Positions 57,401 through 63,400 of a DNA stretch of 64,000 nt are shown here, piece after piece (positions within the stretch are counted from its first letter, which is position 1; each line of letters starts with the position of its first letter). The stretch spans positions 26,290,001 to 26,354,000 of the forward strand of contig NC_087252.1 in assembly GCF_037042905.1 (NCBI RefSeq), written 5' to 3'. The position numbers and the translations under genes are program-made. A model generated the notes under the pieces. It ran no database searches, was not told the DNA's origin, and saw only the letters and a program-made list of their open reading frames with translations. This DNA comes from Lytechinus pictus. Its lineage: Eukaryota.

Positions 57401-60400
57401 TTTTTGGAAGCAACTGGTTATGTTGGAAAATGTGAATATAAACATTTCCAGGAAGTTTAGTTCGGTTTGGATTCATAATCTAAGCAAAAGTATGAAAATA
57501 CAAGACTTCTTTTTTTGTGAGAATGAAGAGACAAAATATCTGGTTTATTTTCATATTACAAAGATTATATTGTATTTTAAAGCATATCTATGCTTAAGAC
57601 AAGTTGTTCATTGTGAGGTGAAAGTGCATAAATATAGATCTATACAAAAGGATACAAAAACATGTTCATGAGTCTGATACATGAACATTTGGTGAATTCA
57701 TGAAGAGTATTTTGAAGAGGTAGAAATAAGTTTCTGGCAAAACTAGTTTTGGTTCATGAATAATTGCATGTGCATTTAATTTAGAGAAAACCAGTTTTAA
57801 AAGCTATTAGGGATTTGTTTCGGCATAGTTGGACTCAACTATGCGTTGTTGGCGCCCTGCCAAAATTGGGCATTGACTTTTTATGCCTTTTATATAAAAA
57901 GTGATTTTGATAGAAAATGATATTGTCTGCTACATTCAGACTTTCAGTTGGTTTATATTAGTCTTAATCCATGCTTTTACTATAAACAATGAAAGTCAAT
58001 CTTGGTCAGAATATTTAGTAATACTTTGATGGACAAATGTAAATGCATCAAGACCAGGTTACACAAGATATTCATATTTAAGTGCATGTTTTAATTCAGG
58101 ATGAGATGACTCAAAATATGCTGTTTTGTTTAATCATTTCAGATTGAATAAAATCTACAAATCTACTGTAGAAATATCTCAATTCCATGGTTCACATCTC
58201 GGCTTGTTCTGTACTATCCACAGTCCACAACTATTTCCTACATACAGAGAATAGACAAAGAATTATTCAACTAAATGCTGAATGCCAGACGCGGGGAAGA
58301 ATACAGATAAATCATTATACCTTAAGTGAGTTCCCATATAAACTGTAGCATTTAAATGAGGTTTGTAGTCACTTTCAAAGAAAACCACTGTGACTAATGA
58401 ATGACGTTGAGTACACTGTGGTCTCTTTCTTATCGACCTGCCTCGAGATAGGACACACCAGATAAGTCTCTTTATCAATGAGGCGTGTTCCATAAGATGT
58501 AAAAGCATGAAGGAGTGATGTCACAATACGGTCACAACTTGAACACATTTTTTATGAAATAAACATATTGTTCTAAAAGATTTGATATTATTCTAAATTA
58601 TATACAAAAAATTGCCCTACTTTTACACAGTGCTCCACACTGGTCAACATTGTGTTCTTTCTATCAGGAATAATAATTTGCTTTTATATAGCGCGATATC
58701 GATCTACAACTGCTCAAAGCGCTTCACAATTATTAACCGGTCACTGGTTTCATAGCTTTTTAGCATCCTATTTAGGTGCACATTCGCACCTGGGTGAGAG
58801 TGGCAAAGTGTGGACTGACGCCTTGCTAAAGGGCGCTAGGCCATTGTGAGATTCAAAATCATAACCCTCTGACTACAAGGCGAGAGTCAGAACCGCTACG
58901 CCACGACGCTTCCACAATGGATAGTACCATGGTTCCACATTACCTGAGCATGTATGTCCATCAGGGTTGACTGTTGATCCAAGAGGACAGAAGCAGACAT
59001 AGCTACCTAGTATATTCCTGCAGATGTGCTCGCAACCTCCATTCTGATTAGAACACTCATCCACATCTGTATAAGGGAGAAGGTCAAATGTTGGAATGAT
59101 AAAAAAAATTTAAAGCTTAACTAAAGTAGTTGCAGTGAACAATGACTTCAAGAGAAAGTCTCTAATATCAAGTTCAATTGTCACACATCATTGCAGATAT
59201 AGTTATAGTTTGTTTATGTGAACTTAACTTTGTGAAATAATGACATCTAAGTGGAAAATTGAGCACACTTATAATGGCCAACACAGATAAGCACTTGTGG
59301 GACTGCATATTATTATTGCATGGAAAATTACCTTTCAGCTGGCTGGAATGGCTTATTTTGCTATAAAACCTTCCCTCTAATAATTTTTTATCACACAGAA
59401 TGTGCTTTAACTTCATACGGGCACAATATAAGTGATATCTCTTTTAATTTCCTTTAAAAAAGTACATATTTTTATAGCACCTTGTACACACAATACAAAG
59501 AGATGCCATCCCAGGGCCCCGCCTTACAAAGAGTTACGATTGATCCAATCAATTGTATCTACGGACGGCCAGCAACGTCAACAAGTATTATGCATGTTTG
59601 TTCAAAATATTTTCTAGCTATGATGTATATTCATGCACTAATTATTTTCTTAAAAATTCACTGTGCTTCTCTTCGTTTACAAAGGACATTGTTCAAATTT
59701 CCTGTAGAAAAATTTATGACACTGATGGATTTCCATAGAGTTACGATTGATAGGATCAATCACTACTCTTTGTTAGATGGGAGCCTGGTTTGCATAGGAA
59801 ATAAAATATACCAATTATCAGGCAGTGAAAGCATTGGTCTAATTCCAGTGCGTACATGTACATGCAAAGTCCTTACCTTGGAAACACGTCGCTCCTGTGT
59901 ATCCTCTTGGACAGATACACCTGCTATTGTTACATACACCTCCGTTCATACACTCTGGGAAGCAGCCAACACCTGCAAACAGAATACAATGAGAGTGCAT
60001 GTTCAAACACTACACCTCAAAGAAAGGTTTAAATCTAGTGTTTAACACTTCCATTCATATACATGGGAAGCAACCAACACATTCAAACAGAATGCAATGA
60101 GAGTGCATGTTCAAACACTACACCTCAAAGAAAGGTTTAAATCTAGTGTTTAACACTTCCATTCATATACATGAGAAGCAACCAACACATTCAAACAGAA
60201 TGCAATGAGAGTGCATGTTCAAACACTGCACCTCAAAGAAAGGTTTAACACTTCCATTCATATACATGAGAAGCAACCAACACATTCAATTGGAATGCAA
60301 TGATTGCGGATGTTAGTACACTATACTAATCTGAAAAAGACACATCCATCCGTATACTCCATGATGTAACCAACATCTACAATGGCATACTGATATGTAA

Positions 60401-63400
60401 CTGTATGCAGGGTGTGAACCAAGTGTTTAGGGACATTTTTATAGCTTTGAGAGAATTCAGGAAGGTTCTTCAGCTATGAACAAGGATAAGAAAAAGAAGA
60501 ATTGGAATCATAAGAAGAAAGAGGAAGAAGAAGAAGACGAACAAGAAAAGTTGATAAACAAAATTAAAACAAAAGAACAGAACAGAATAGAAATAGAAAA
60601 AAGGTAACAAAATAAAAGAATCAAGGCAAACAATTCGAGAGCGACGACAACAAGTAGAGCAATAAATCAGAAGCAGATAATGTAGAAGATGATAACTAGG
60701 AAGGAATGACAATTAATTACTTTTCAAATATTATCAATACAGTATATCAAAACTAATTAGAAAGACATTTTATCATAGTGTTTAGCTTACTACTGCAAGT
60801 GACACCATCAGCATTGAGATTAGAACCGGCCGGGCAGATACAGGCGTAGCTTCCGAAGGTGTTTCTACATTGATACTGGCAAAGGTCTCGTTGCAGACAC
60901 TCATTGATATCTGATAAAGAAAGTATACAGAGAAAAATACATTTAAGTGCTCCTAAAGAAGTACAGAAGGAGAAAGCATTTTTCTAAATATGAAACATAA
61001 CCGATACAATCATTATGATAAAGATGAAAGGAATTAGATTACACCATAATATCTAACATTTGTAAATAATAAAGAAGTATTTTAACATTGTATACCCTTA
61101 AAGCGCACTTTTAAAAGTCTGACACAAAACACAGATTTTCTGAGGTAAAGTAAACTTTGATCCAGACTGCCAAATGAGTTCACTAGATTCCAGAGCCTTA
61201 ACTGGTCTCACTCAATTCCTTAAATAATTCAAATAGAATCATGTAAGCCTCCAAAGACAAAAATGTATTTATTTCTAAATTCTTTGTCTCCTTGAATCCT
61301 TGAGAATGGTTTGTGAAAACAGTAATGCATAGTTTGACTGATTGATTTATAGTCCATCATATCCAATTGATTGATTAATTGATTGATTGATGCATGGATG
61401 GGTGGATCAATTAATCACTTTGTTATACATACCAGTGGCACATGTTCTTCCTGTTAGACCTGGTTGACAAACACACCTTCCCTCCACACATGAGCCTCCA
61501 TTGAGACAGGGTGGTTGACAGACTTCTGGGTTTTCACCTGGAAATATATACACACCAAGGGGAATTTCACAAACAGTTAAGTCTGACTAAATGTCATGCT
61601 TAAGTGCCAACAGATGCATGTTATTTAAAACAGAATCTAACTGATTAATAAGCAGTAGCATGCAGAGTTCTGCTCATGGTCTAACCTATGAGGTGAAGTA
61701 TGTACATGTACCACGCAAAAAATGGGAATTTAAGTACAATTTTTAGTCACACTTAAATCTTTGTGAAACCCCTCCCAGAAAACAATATTGATATTACTCA
61801 TTGAATTCATATTGACATGTTCATATTCTTCATAAAAGAACCTCTGTTAAAAGAGGGTGCCTGGCTAACCTGAGGGTTATAACATTCAAGTATAAACAAC
61901 AGCATCAATTCATTTTACTTCAAACATTTTCACATTTACACATACACACACCTCTGCCCATTACACAAAACTGTGCGATATTTAGTAAAATTGATTTTTA
62001 TGATTTATCATACATAATAACGAATGCAATCAATCATATAACTTAGTCTTATGATCAATAACTAGGCTTTGTGTTACGAGTCATAGAACACTGATTGCAC
62101 TTCCTATTGCGTCAAATTTATATTGGTTAAGATAACAGGAGATGCCCTCCACACAAGAGCCTCCATTCCTACAAGGATGCAACAAAACCTGTGCAGTTTT
62201 CTCTGCAAAATTTAGAAGTGATTGTACCTTTGAAGCTGATATTTTAGCATACAGTCATACAGTAATATTCCACATTCACTTTTATACAAAGAAAAAAAAT
62301 CAATCATCATGAAAGGTAAAAAACATGGAATTTATATTACATTATAGTAGCTTACCTGTGACATCAGAAAATTAAAACTTTAAAGTCCATACCCATCAGT
62401 CTCTGATAGACTTATACCTCTAATATCATAATTGCATATTGCTGTTCTATATTTTTTATTGATATTTATATAAAGAAATGTATTTATTTTGATATACTTT
62501 TATGTTTATGCTTATGTTTATGCTTATAAGTGATTGTGTGATATAAACTTAGTTCTCCAGAACATCACAAATGAAAAATTCTTCCCTGCCGGCACGTCTT
62601 ATTTTGCTCTTTCTCTTATATCTTTTTATTTGTACCGGTATATCTGTTAATCTATGGTCAAGTAAATAATAATGATGTTTCTCTAATTCTTCTTTGAAAA
62701 AAGTCATCTGGCTGGACTTCCCCATTTAATATAACCCCTCACTTCTATCAGCACATGTTATAATGTATCATTAAAGCATCTCTTCTGAACCTAACTCATC
62801 CACTTAGATAATGACACACACTTCCTGAAACACTCGGGAATGACAAGACCAAAGTCACAATCTATCAAATCATCCATGTTTTCCTACTGTCAAAATGTCT
62901 TCCCTTTCCTCCCCGAGTCAATTTCAAGATCTCCATAAATTGTGCATTGGATGTGGTTGCCATGGCAACCTGGAACCTATTTTACTCATGGACAGACAAG
63001 AGAAAAGATGGAATCTATTGATGAATGCTTCCTGCATTCTTCTTTTATTTTGGAGATGAGGTTGCTTCTCTAGGGAGCACCTAGCTCCGTATTGAAGCCC
63101 ACATGGTATTAGAGATGCCCTACTCCCATTTCCTTTTTTAAAGGGGAAGTTCACCCTGAACATTTTTTTACAAAAGTGACCATCCCACTATTCTTAAGCT
63201 TCACTCTCCAAGTTCCAGTAATTGAACAAAAAACATTGAAATCAAAAGATTAACTTACTAAAAGAAAAGCAAACATTGCAATATTATAAACACCGAACTA
63301 CGTGCAATCAATTGCAAATATCCTGTTGCAATTTTACAAGTGATGGATCCATTTTAGCAGTAGAAAATCAGATTACACTTCTTGCTTCATGGAGCAGATT

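Larger units (their letters stand above)
50209..58220 (+). mobile_element. Full-length BEL/Pao LTR retrotransposon, antisense to the host gene, in intron 50014-58943
   Basis: TG...CA termini; 5-bp TSD CAGTC at 50204-50208 and 58221-58225; two 1,421-bp LTRs; PPT GGGCGGGGAGGA at 56788-56799; intact gag-pol ORF. Confidence 0.97.

Noticed and set aside
62700..63170. Possible degraded retroelement coding fragment
   Set aside because: Slightly more GC-rich, but I could not recover a convincing motif; it needs a translated search.
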